Shown: in pieces, positions 10,169 through 19,165 of the stretch
How positions within the stretch are numbered: position 1 is the stretch's first letter
How the letters are laid out: the number at the start of each line of letters is the position of its first letter
Assembly: GCA_963799845.1 (NCBI GenBank)
Contig: CAWCYI010000004.1
Coordinates: 224,001-288,000, forward strand
From: an uncultured Nitrososphaerota archaeon
Lineage (GTDB): Archaea > Thermoproteota > Nitrososphaeria > Nitrososphaerales > CADDZS01
Length of the DNA stretch: 64,000 nt
Direction of reading: 5' to 3'
Program-made: the position numbers and the translations under genes
The notes under the pieces: model-generated
What the model saw: the letters and a program-made list of their open reading frames with translations, nothing else
Databases searched by the model: none
Told to the model about the DNA's origin: nothing

Positions 10169-10498
10169 TTACTTTCTTTTTACGAATCTTCCGCGTTTAT
10201 CGCACCTTACTGTTACGGTCTTTCCCCGTCTCTTGAAGGTGAAAATACCAGAGAAAGGTGCGCCTCGTTCTTCTTTCAATTGCTCTAGTTTTTGCTGTTT
10301 AGTAATCGGGCCTCTTCTGACAGGAATCCCACGCTTTTCGGCTTCGATTCTCAACCCCCTTTCTTGCTGTGCGCTGTTTATCCATCTCTTGCCAGTCCAT
10401 CTAACGAATTGTCTCCTCAGATCGTCGTAATCCTCGTACTCTTTCACTCCCACGGATTCTTCGTACCGTGCAAATAGTGCTGGAAATGTCTCCGTCAA
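10169..10498 (-). CDS. Basic hypothetical protein, paralog of 15866-16193
   Basis: Overlaps upstream gene; closely related copy in the adjacent element. Confidence 0.75.
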   Translation of the reverse strand: MTETFPALFARYEESVGVKEYEDYDDLRRQFVRWTGKRWINSAQQERGLRIEAEKRGIPVRRGPITKQQKLEQLKEERGAPFSGIFTFKRRGKTVTVRCDKRGRFVKRK

Positions 10499-11007
10499 AT
10501 CTTTTCACCAAACTGCATTACTCTGGGCGCGAATTTCTCTATGCCCGTGGTATAGGTTACTTTCACAATTGTTTTTGGTGGCTCGATGTAGTAAGATCTT
10601 AAGATCGAAACGCACTTTTGTTTGGGTCGATCTATCTTCTTGGAAATGCGAAGAGTAGCAGCTTTTCGCTTGATAGTCCATATCAAAAATCCAATATCTA
10701 TTACCTCTAAGGAATCGACTAGTATCATCAGCATTTTCTTGAAAGTAACTTTATTCCAGCACCAACAATGATAGGAATCGTTCTGTCGTCTTCTATCGGT
10801 TGAAATGTAGATATTGGATAGCTTGTATTTTGCCTGAACCTTTGAAAGTACTGTTTTCAACCTCGATAGCTTCACTCTTTCACAATCCCAGAATATTGCA
10901 TATAGTCCACGTCCTAATTTGTTGGTAATTCCTTCTAGGGTTTGTACGTCCGAGACGGTAAAGAAATAAACTCGGTTATCTATCGTCTTCTTGAATTGGA
11001 ATCTCAT
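10495..11007 (-). CDS. Putative minimal AEP (primase-polymerase)-like protein
   Basis: hhhDxE (AIFWDCE), sxH (DSYHCW) and TLRISKK motifs in AEP order; gene is clear, function tentative. Confidence 0.45.
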   Translation of the reverse strand: MRFQFKKTIDNRVYFFTVSDVQTLEGITNKLGRGLYAIFWDCERVKLSRLKTVLSKVQAKYKLSNIYISTDRRRQNDSYHCWCWNKVTFKKMLMILVDSLEVIDIGFLIWTIKRKAATLRISKKIDRPKQKCVSILRSYYIEPPKTIVKVTYTTGIEKFAPRVMQFGEKI

Positions 11008-11168
11008 TTCTTTTCATACCTGATAGTAGGTGTTCCGCATTTACCGCATTGAGGAGTTACCACTGTAAAGCTGTACGGCTTTCCGTTCTTTGATGTTCCT
11101 TCATGTTTTGAGACGTTGTACACGATTGAAGTAATGTCTAGTAGCTGATCGCACTTTGTACAATTCAA
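11004..11168 (-). CDS. 54-aa zinc-ribbon protein (absent from ORF track)
   Basis: MNCTKCDQ...PQCGKCGTP; TTGA/ATGA overlaps with both neighbours. Confidence 0.7.
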   Translation of the reverse strand: MNCTKCDQLLDITSIVYNVSKHEGTSKNGKPYSFTVVTPQCGKCGTPTIRYEKK

Positions 11169-11512
11169 TCCTTCTTTTCACTCCCAGGTTTGATGTGATT
11201 CCCGTTAGCATCAGTTGGAAGCTCGCCGTCGTCTTCTACTTCACGTTGATAATGGTTAGGCATTCTGGGCTTGTAGCCTTTGGGCCACTGAATCTGAACG
11301 ATATACCTTATTTCACCTTCAGTAAAGTGTCCTGAGTGTTCTAGTATGTACACTTTCAGAAAACGTTCATCTATCTCGTTAAGGGTACCTCGCAAGGTTC
11401 TTCCTTTTGAAAAAATAATTTCAATATGCTTGCCAATACAGTCCTTGAGGGAATCAACGCGATAACGGGTAGAATCGTATTCGTCTCCAACCCATTCTTT
11501 TTTTCGAGTCAT
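11165..11512 (-). CDS. Hypothetical protein, possible Sm/LSm-like fold
   Basis: 'LKDCIGKHIEIIFSKGRTLRGTLNEIDERFL' resembles the Sm1 motif. Confidence 0.5.
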   Translation of the reverse strand: MTRKKEWVGDEYDSTRYRVDSLKDCIGKHIEIIFSKGRTLRGTLNEIDERFLKVYILEHSGHFTEGEIRYIVQIQWPKGYKPRMPNHYQREVEDDGELPTDANGNHIKPGSEKKD

Positions 11513-11718
11513 TTCGTCTTTAACTCCTCGGCCTTCTTCTCCAGCATCCTGATCCAGGAATACTTTATCCGCTTGCCTTTTGTGGAAATTATCGAGTCGT
11601 ACTCTAGTTTCTTAAAAGGAACATCCTCAGAACCTTTTGAATAGTAGTAGATTTTGAGTACCGTCCCTTCCTTTACGGGATTTTCTTCAAACCACTGATC
11701 TACGTCTTGCCAACGCAT
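11509..11718 (-). CDS. Hypothetical protein, first gene of the leftward operon
   Basis: ATG start, ATGA overlap with next gene. Confidence 0.6.
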   Translation of the reverse strand: MRWQDVDQWFEENPVKEGTVLKIYYYSKGSEDVPFKKLEYDSIISTKGKRIKYSWIRMLEKKAEELKTK

Positions 11719-11784
11719 AATTATTACTCTGATATATCTCTAAGAGAGACAATCGTATATACACTCTAGGCGTATACACGGTCT

Positions 11785-12436
11785 ATGCCACAAAAAGCGT
11801 ATAGACGACAGCCTAGCCCCATAACTTGGAAGTACGGCGATATAGAGATCAAAATTCTTCGTGCCCTTGTAGAAAAGGGCCCGTTATCGGCTCAAAAAAT
11901 CAGTAAAGACCTCGGCATTAGGTACGATACGATTCACGAAAAGCTGAACAAAGTGACTACTTCTGGATGGAATAATAGAAAAGGTAAGAACTGAAACTCC
12001 GGTAGAAGGTGGGAGAGAGTACGTATTCTGGCTAACCTTGAGAGGCGATTTGCTATCTGTCTGTTTGGGTCTAAAATCTGAGGATGTTAAGAAAACTGCG
12101 ATCAATAACAAAATCCCGATTCGAAAATGGATTTCTTTCGCAATGGATTTTATGTCAAGCCTAAGTAACAACAAATCGCGTCTTCGGTACTATCTGTCGT
12201 TAGACGGTGCAATCGACAAACAAATTTCGAATGATGAGGCTATAGAGCAAATTGGAACTATGATTTCTTTTGATAAAGACGCTAAGCGTGCTTTTGCCTC
12301 GGCATTCAAAAAGAACCCAGAGTTTACGAGATTAACAAACGAAAAACTGCAAAAGTTGAAACCCAAGCTCATCAAGGGAATCAATGAGGCCGACTTATCG
12401 AAAAATGTAACTTTTCTTGAGGACGATCAAAATTGA
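11785..12436 (+). CDS. Winged-helix transcription regulator, 1-nt frameshift near 11954
   Basis: 'KILRALVEKGPLSAQKISKDLGIRYDTIHEKLN' continues in the +1 frame as 'LLLDGIIEKVR..GGREYVFWLTLRG' (wing) into ORF 12038-12436. Confidence 0.7.
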
Positions 12437-13552
12437 ATCCACTTTACATTAACGAGAAGGTATGTAGTCTCTCAATCGAGAACTTCCATCTCAAAATATG
12501 GAATCCAGAAGAGAAGAGAATAGTACATCTTTTCCGGCCTCGAAAAATTCCGTACGACTCGATCATAATTCAAAGGAATAGAGGCTCTATAAGCTTCGCA
12601 GCTATAGACTGGTTAATGAGACACGCTATTTCTCTCACGATTCTAACGTGGGAAGGGAATATTATGTCTCAATTCTTACCCGAAGCTACAGCTTCACCTT
12701 CGCTAAGAATTGCTCAATATCGAGCATACCTAGACCGAGAAATTCATACTAGAATAGTAAAGTCAATAATTGAAACAAAGATTCGAAGACAGCAAGATTT
12801 TCTAAAGTCTCTATCTCCTTACTTCGATTTAGAAATCCCAGGGTTCAAACCAATTAGCACTTTGAGTTTAGACTTCATGCGAAATATTGAAGCTAGATAT
12901 GCCGAAGAATATTTCACTCAGTACGGAAAAATCTGTAACACTTTAGGATATGAGTTTGAAAACCGTTCGAGACACTCAAACCAACACGCAAACGATCTAG
13001 TAAATTCTCTCCTCAATTATGGATATGCAATCTTGAAAGTGTACGTTCGAAGAGCTATAAACTCTGTAGGCTTTGACAATACTATTTCTTTTGTCCATTA
13101 TCTCAGCAAAGGAGAAAGCTCTCTAACTTATGATTTGATGGAACTTTGGCGTACGAATATCGATCACGCTGTACTTCAATCACTCGAAGAAATGAAAAAG
13201 ACTAAGGGCCGTAAATTTGGTTTTACGGATAGGTACGACGTTGAAATTACTTCTGATACTGCTAAGCTTCTTTTCGAAAAGATACGATTGAATCTAAGCC
13301 TTGAAGAGATAATTATCAATTCGAGAAAACTGGCAAAATATTTTCTTCGAGAGAATAGAAATCTCAGTTTCAAGCTTAAACCCGTTCAGACTAGAAGAAA
13401 AGATACTATCCTCAGCTAAAGATTTTATTAAGACAAAATCATTCCGAGAACTAGGAATGAATAAGTCAACTCTGTGGTACCAAAAGAGAAGACTGGAAGA
13501 GACTGGCTCTATACGAATTTACAATAAGACTAGACAGTATTTTGTAAAGTGA
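12433..13552 (+). CDS. cas1: Casposase-type Cas1 integrase with C-terminal HTH (1-nt insertion at 13413)
   Basis: 'GSISFAAIDWL', 'LRIAQY', 'IEARYA..YF', 'NSLLNYGY', 'FVH', 'YDLMELWR'; +1 frame adds 'AKDFIKTKSFRELGMNKSTLWYQKRRL..IRIYNKT' HTH up to the stop at 13552. Confidence 0.9.
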
Positions 13553-13581
13553 TTTGCTAACTGATCACTGAATAAGCCGAC

Positions 13582-14520
13582 CTATTGAGCTATAAGCGAA
13601 CCTTCTACAGATCCCCCGTTATCTAAGTCGATAACGTAGGTGTAGACTTTTCCCTGCGTTATGGAGATTTGCTCCCCGTTTGTAACAGGATAAAACGTGA
13701 AAGAGCTAACTGAACTTCCTTTCAATATTCCGCAATCCGTACAAGCAGCTGTGTGATCGGATTGGAAAATGATAAGGTTCGAGTTGCTAGTCGCAGCTGA
13801 GTTATTATCCCATGAGCTTGAGACACCATACAAAGAAACTCCAGTAATATAGCTAGGTGCTCCAAAATTATCTATAGATATGGCAAAATAAGATGAAGCT
13901 GCGAGAGTAGAATTTGCTGTCAGTCCACCGTAAAGTGTAGCTGAATAGAGAGTTGACCCGCTTGGGGGAGTGTAAGTAAAGGAGTAAGTCTTCCCATCTG
14001 GATAAAGAATGCTAAGAATAACGTCAGAATAAGCTGGAACATTACTAGGGGTTGATCCGGTACAATCAAAACTATACTGAGGTAGAATTGTCCCGTCGAA
14101 TGTACAAGTAGTCTGGCCATATACAGCGGTACCATTTCCGAAGTAAATTTCTATCGTTCCACCTGAGACGATAGTGTCCCCAGTATTCGTAAATGTAATC
14201 GAATATCCTGAACCTGAACAAGAATCATCTACGCTCACGCATGAAGACTCATACGTCATATTGAGAGGCGGTAAATTTGGATCGGTATGAAACTGCGTTG
14301 TAATAGCAGAGTGGGAATTCTCTGAAGTAGTGGTTATTCGCGAAGATACTGAGGCAATAGTTGATGAAAAAACTGTTGAAGTAATTTGACTTACAGAAGG
14401 TATTGGAGAGGTTGTTAGTGCGATTGAAGTATAGGTATATGAAAGATAAAGATAACCGCCTATTACAACCCAAACTGCCAAGACAGAAACAGCAATTACG
14501 ATATGCTTCTTGCTTGGCAA
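13582..14520 (-). CDS. Membrane-anchored surface protein with pilin/archaellin-like beta domains (element cargo)
   Basis: N-terminal TM, S/T linker, C-term 'G.VYTYVIDLDNGGSVEGSLIAQ'. Confidence 0.6.
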   Translation of the reverse strand: MPSKKHIVIAVSVLAVWVVIGGYLYLSYTYTSIALTTSPIPSVSQITSTVFSSTIASVSSRITTTSENSHSAITTQFHTDPNLPPLNMTYESSCVSVDDSCSGSGYSITFTNTGDTIVSGGTIEIYFGNGTAVYGQTTCTFDGTILPQYSFDCTGSTPSNVPAYSDVILSILYPDGKTYSFTYTPPSGSTLYSATLYGGLTANSTLAASSYFAISIDNFGAPSYITGVSLYGVSSSWDNNSAATSNSNLIIFQSDHTAACTDCGILKGSSVSSFTFYPVTNGEQISITQGKVYTYVIDLDNGGSVEGSLIAQ

Positions 14521-14644
14521 TTTCTCTAAAACAGTCTTAATGCAAATTTTTGAATATCTTTTATGAATCCAGCATTAAGATGTGATATTCAAGTAGCTCT
14601 AATCTGAATGCGAAATTTGCTTTTTAATTATTCCGAGTTTAGGG

Positions 14645-14771
14645 CATTCTAGATAATATCTCTCTCTGAAGTAGCGAGAGAAGAGAAGAAGAGAAGAGTC
14701 GAGAGAGGACGAGAGTCGCTATAGTAGTAGAAGTAGTAGTATCAGTTGAAGTCGTCCTAGTAAAAAAAAAG
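14645..14771. repeat. Right terminal inverted repeat (127 bp)
   Basis: Reverse complement of 9599-9725. Confidence 0.95.
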
Positions 14772-14784
14772 CCCACCATTTTTA
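14772..14784. repeat. Target-site duplication, right copy
   Basis: CCCACCATTTTTA identical to 9586-9598. Confidence 0.85.
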
Positions 14785-14907
14785 GTTTTTTTTTAACAAA
14801 CCTACTCTCTCTCTTATTCTCTTTTATTTGTAAATGTAAGTAAGTAAATGTAAGTTAGTATCTGCGTATGCGAATGAATGAACGCACACAAAGAGAGTTA
14901 GGGCGAT

Positions 14908-15813
14908 TTAGATGGTCTGTGGATATTCGTCAGTCTGAGTGGACATACTTATACTAGATTTTCGTTTTCTTGTCAAAAACTGGTAAGTAATGACCAGTGC
15001 TACCAATGAGGCTACTAATACAGTAGTGATCACAATGAGCAAATAGACCGAATCTGATGTAAAAATCCATTCATTATACAAACTCGGAGTGGCAATTTGG
15101 GGGAGTATTTGCAGGAGAGTTATGAGGACAACAATGATTCCTGTTTTTATTAGGCTCTGAATGGTATCTATGTCCGTCTTCTCAGTCTTTTTGGGGTCGT
15201 GTTTGGGGTCAGGCCCTAGGGCTAGATCGACAAGTTCGACTAATGTGAGTGATAAGACCACAACAAGTACCAATGCAATTGTATTTGCCGAATTAGTGAT
15301 GATTGTGAGGACTTGAAAATTAAACTGAAACATTTGAACGACAGCAAATCCAATGCTCCTCACTGCAGACCAGATGGCATAGAAACCGACTAGCAAGAAA
15401 ATCGTATTGAGAATGATTGTCTTAGCTCTCTTGCCTGCAAAAGAAACATAGTAATCGAGCGCTGTCTTTGTGCTTTTTCTCAGGACAATGACCGCACTTA
15501 TCAATCCGATTGTTGCAAACAATGACAGCCATGCATCCAAATCAAAACTAAGAAATGATAATTCCTTATGATGGGTTATTGTTGTCGTGGAATGTGTAGC
15601 AACACTTTGGTTTATTGTAACAGTTGTAAGAGTGGTAATTGTTGTATTGACTTGGACACTAGGAGTCAACGAAGAATGAAAACCAGCACTTGCCACAAGT
15701 AAGACAAACAGAACTAAAGAAACAAAAAATAGAACGCCCGCCAATGCAGACATTCGTATTCTTTGTGCATAGGAAGAAATCCTAAGAACAAATTTCAATG
15801 ATTTCTGCATCAA
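14908..15813 (-). CDS. Multi-pass membrane protein
   Basis: About 6 hydrophobic segments. Confidence 0.7.
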   Translation of the reverse strand: MMQKSLKFVLRISSYAQRIRMSALAGVLFFVSLVLFVLLVASAGFHSSLTPSVQVNTTITTLTTVTINQSVATHSTTTITHHKELSFLSFDLDAWLSLFATIGLISAVIVLRKSTKTALDYYVSFAGKRAKTIILNTIFLLVGFYAIWSAVRSIGFAVVQMFQFNFQVLTIITNSANTIALVLVVVLSLTLVELVDLALGPDPKHDPKKTEKTDIDTIQSLIKTGIIVVLITLLQILPQIATPSLYNEWIFTSDSVYLLIVITTVLVASLVALVITYQFLTRKRKSSISMSTQTDEYPQTI

Positions 15814-15865
15814 TCTTGAGCTGACAATGAAATTGAGATTTTTCTACCTATTATCTATTGGGCTT

Positions 15866-16193
15866 TTACCTCTTCACGAATCGGCCATGCTTATCTCGTC
15901 TTACTGTTACTCTCTTGCCACGTCTAACAAAACTGAATATTCCGCAGAAAGGCTCGCCTCTTTTCTCTCTTAATCTCTCTAACTTTTCTAGTTTGGTTTC
16001 AGGCCTAATTCTGAAAGGAATCCCTCTTTTTTCAGCTTCAATTCTCAAACCTCTTTCTTGCTGTGCGCTGTTAATGCAGCGTTTGCCTGCAAATCTCACG
16101 AAATCCGTTTTAAGATCGGCATAATCTTCGTACTCTTTTTCTCCGACCTTTTCTTCGAACCTCTCAAAGACCGCAGGGAATGTTTTCCGTCAA
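15866..16193 (-). CDS. Paralog of 10169-10498 (extra A in homopolymer near 16185)
   Basis: 'MTE-TFPAVFERFEEKVGEKEYEDYADL..GKRCINSAQQERGLRIEAEKRGIP..GRFVKR' aligns end to end with the first copy. Confidence 0.8.
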
Positions 16194-16205
16194 ATTCTTT
16201 CTCTG

Positions 16206-16418
16206 TTAACGGCGCTTGACCACGCTCGGATCGTAATTTATTTTCACCAGATAGCCGAGAAAGTTTGTTGTAACTGTTTGGGCACTCTCGTCTTTTCTGC
16301 CTGCGAATTCTAACGCCGGTGTTGTTTGCTTGAGCTGTCTTGTCAGTTCACTGATTGTTCCTTCGTACTTCACTAATTGTATTCGTTGTTGTACAATTGT
16401 TCTGTTGTATTGTGACAC
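16206..16418 (-). CDS. Hypothetical protein
   Basis: Short ORF just upstream of and co-oriented with the paralog. Confidence 0.4.
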   Translation of the reverse strand: MSQYNRTIVQQRIQLVKYEGTISELTRQLKQTTPALEFAGRKDESAQTVTTNFLGYLVKINYDPSVVKRR

Positions 16419-16602
16419 TCACAAAAACCGCCCTTTAGTTTTTTGGGCGGATTTTCAAGAAGCGACAAAAACTCAGAATCATCGATATCCCTGACAACGA
16501 TTATGAGAATTTGATTTTTGTCAATGACACATAATTTGAGACAAAGACTGGATTTTCGTCATTCGTTAGCGACAGTTTCTGTGAGAATTCACGAAGGATT
16601 TA

Positions 16603-16812
16603 GTGACAACAACTTTGAGAAGCGACAGCTTCATCCTACGTGGCGGAGATCCAAATTTTGCACTAAAGGAAGTAAAGGAATTTATTAATCTCTCTGAACA
16701 AGAACAGGAAAAACGTTTCAGCATTTTCGGAAAGGAGCTTGAGAAACAAGGTCGTGATTCGTCTCACGCGTTTCTTTCCCTCGTACATGATGAACTAACT
16801 GGTAAGGGTTAG
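16603..16812 (+). CDS. Hypothetical protein or fragment
   Basis: 69-aa ORF only. Confidence 0.3.
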   Translation: MTTTLRSDSFILRGGDPNFALKEVKEFINLSEQEQEKRFSIFGKELEKQGRDSSHAFLSLVHDELTGKG

Positions 16813-16980
16813 AAAGCTGTAGGGCAGACAGAAAACGGGAAGAAAAGGTCTGTGAAAAACGAAAATATCGAAGATGATCGCAGGGAAGCCACAAAGATCA
16901 CGTTGACACCCGTACACTAAGTGTTTAGTTGTTCTCTTGAGGATCTTTAAGGGGACGCGACCATCTAGCTTGAATCGTCG

Positions 16981-17055
16981 TGCGGAATGTAGGATTTGAA
17001 CCCCAATTTTACTAGTAAGGCATTCTTGGGAAATGGATAGAATGAGATTTGAACC
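16981..17055 (-). other. Two degenerate tRNA 3'-end-like fragments (possible att scars)
   Basis: Reverse complements GGGTTCAAATCCTACATTCCGCA and GGTTCAAATCTCATTCTATCCA. Confidence 0.45.
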
Positions 17056-17126
17056 TAATTAGAGCCTCATCACAGAAGTCTCGACTAGGCTTTTATAACA
17101 GCTGAATAGTCATCAAAAATGAGATT

Positions 17127-19043
17127 TTGAAAGTTATATCAAGAAAAGGTTTTTTTGTAATCATTTGTGGCGTTCTACTCCTAACTAACAGTCTGGGAGT
17201 ACTTCTTCCTCGTCTCAATTCGAGCGCAAGTTCAAGTACCGTGCTTCGTATGACCCTCGTTGTTCCTCCGAATAGTATCAATCCGCTTACCCTGACTACA
17301 GGGAATTCTGGCGGGATTCTAATTGGAATGGAGTATTATGGATCTCCAATCGCATCTCCCAACGGTACTTCGGATAATTCCATTGCTGTCACCGACTGGA
17401 TATCTCACAATCAGAATTATACCCAGTGGACATTTAACATAAAACCAGGGATGAAGTGGTCGAATGGCAATAACATAACTTCCGCGGATATCCTTGCGAC
17501 CTTCGGGCCGAATTTCGGATTCAATTCTACCTACGATTACCTCGGCATGGGCTCAGAAGTCACAAACGAGACTGCTCTAAACAGCTCGGCAGTAGTCTTC
17601 ACTTTGAATGCCCCGGATGCGCACTGGTCTGACAAATTCAACTGGGATCTCTACAGCCCCGTCATGCCCGCATCATTTATTCAGCAACAGACTGTTGCAG
17701 GAAGCAACTTTGGTACGAATGTCGTGGCAGGCCCATTCTATACTAGCAACTATCAATCGGGTCAAACGCAGATGGTACTGCTGCGAAATCAGTATTTCCT
17801 GCCGCAGCCAAAAGTAAGTGAAATCGATATCAATTTCGTGGAATCGCTTTCTCTTACCACGAGCATTTTGCAATCTGGATCAACGGACTTGGCTCCAATT
17901 GAACCCTCGAATGCTCAGGCAGTATTGAAGAATCCAAACATCCATCTTTTGGATGAGAAGGGGCTTTACGTGAGTTCTCTTCAGTATAACGATTCGATAT
18001 ACCCCTATAACATGACTAATTTCAGACAAGCGCTTGCATTTGGAATCAACCAGTCTGCCTTCGTGGAACAGGCGCTGAACGGTTACGGTATCACCGGATA
18101 TTCTGCGGAGGGAATTGTCTCGCCTTCTGCAAGTCTGTTGTACAATTCAAAGGAAGCTCAATATGATTTCAACCAGTCAAAATCGCTTTCGCTTCTTAGC
18201 GCAATCGGAATAACCAAGGGTTCAGATGGATTTCTACATTATCCAAATGGAACTGCTGTATCTCTCTCGCTCTGGACTGACACGGACAATACTGAAGACA
18301 CTGTGGGAGCTCCTGTCCTGGTGAATAATCTTCAACAGCTCGGCTTCAAAGTTAATCTTCAAACGACATCAGTTTCAAATATTGTCGGCGACTACTCGAG
18401 CAATACGAACGGGATTAGAAGTGCAATTATTTTAGCAACAACCAATCCGCCAGTTTGGGGCAATGCGTATCTCGATAGTCTCCCTGCATGGGACGTCTAC
18501 TGGCTAGCGACTGTCCCGAATCATTACTGGGAGTACCCGCCGAGCGTGGATGCTGAATACCACGGTAATTACAGCGCATTCCTCGGGACCGCAAATGCAA
18601 CTCTGGATCAGCAATACTTGGACAATATTCAGGCTATGAACGCTCAGTACTTGCCAACAATTGTCCTCGCGTATCCCGATGCGTTGTGGGCTTACAACAC
18701 CCAGTACTGGACAAATTGGCCGACGGGTTACGTCGAGTTTGGAGCTCAGATTATGAATAATACGGCGTTTGTCAACTTGGAACCAGTCGGGGCAATTACT
18801 AGTTCATCATCGCAATCACTATCAAGTACATCATCAAGCTCAACAAGTTCATCAACATACAGTCCGACAACCTCGTCCACACTAGTCACCACGAACCAAT
18901 CTACAACTACGTCAACATCATCAGCCGCAACATCCTCGACTTCGTCCGGACCGAGCTATCTTACTTACGGTGCAATAGCTGCAGTTGTAGTCATCATAGT
19001 CGGAGGCGCGGCGGTATATTTCCTGAGACGAAAACCTAGATGA
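17127..19043 (+). CDS. oppA: Peptide/nickel ABC transporter substrate-binding protein (family 5)
   Basis: 'WTFNIKPGMKWSNG..IT.AD', 'AGPF', S/T linker and C-terminal TM anchor. Confidence 0.9.
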   Translation: MKVISRKGFFVIICGVLLLTNSLGVLLPRLNSSASSSTVLRMTLVVPPNSINPLTLTTGNSGGILIGMEYYGSPIASPNGTSDNSIAVTDWISHNQNYTQWTFNIKPGMKWSNGNNITSADILATFGPNFGFNSTYDYLGMGSEVTNETALNSSAVVFTLNAPDAHWSDKFNWDLYSPVMPASFIQQQTVAGSNFGTNVVAGPFYTSNYQSGQTQMVLLRNQYFLPQPKVSEIDINFVESLSLTTSILQSGSTDLAPIEPSNAQAVLKNPNIHLLDEKGLYVSSLQYNDSIYPYNMTNFRQALAFGINQSAFVEQALNGYGITGYSAEGIVSPSASLLYNSKEAQYDFNQSKSLSLLSAIGITKGSDGFLHYPNGTAVSLSLWTDTDNTEDTVGAPVLVNNLQQLGFKVNLQTTSVSNIVGDYSSNTNGIRSAIILATTNPPVWGNAYLDSLPAWDVYWLATVPNHYWEYPPSVDAEYHGNYSAFLGTANATLDQQYLDNIQAMNAQYLPTIVLAYPDALWAYNTQYWTNWPTGYVEFGAQIMNNTAFVNLEPVGAITSSSSQSLSSTSSSSTSSSTYSPTTSSTLVTTNQSTTTSTSSAATSSTSSGPSYLTYGAIAAVVVIIVGGAAVYFLRRKPR

Positions 19044-19165
19044 TCTTCTCGGAGATCAGAGCAATAAAGCAGCGCTGAGAAAACGCTACCCCATGGATTC
19101 TTTGATTGGATCCAGCCGCATAATATTCATTTTCTGGAGAGCTATCAAAGTAGGAATAATCAGAA

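Larger units (their letters stand above)
9599..14771. mobile_element. Casposon-like element (5173 bp) without PolB
   Basis: 127-bp perfect TIRs, 13-bp flanking direct repeat, internal stand-alone cas1 with C-terminal HTH, no cas2 and no CRISPR array. Confidence 0.88.
14785..16860. mobile_element. Remnant of a second related element in tandem (right boundary uncertain)
   Basis: Begins GTTTTTTTTTA plus a CT-rich tract like the TIR; carries a paralog of 10169-10498; no right TIR seen. Confidence 0.55.

Noticed and set aside
13405-13420. Programmed ribosomal frameshift regulating Cas1
   Set aside because: No slippery heptamer at the junction, and the same C+AGCT pattern breaks unrelated genes
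12433-13552. cas1 as part of a CRISPR-Cas locus
   Set aside because: No cas2, cas4, effector genes or repeat-spacer array in the window; the gene is inside TIRs and has a casposase-type HTH tail
16422-16456. CCGCCC/GGGCGG hairpin as the right end of element 2
   Set aside because: Not complementary to the 14785 end and not followed by the TSD
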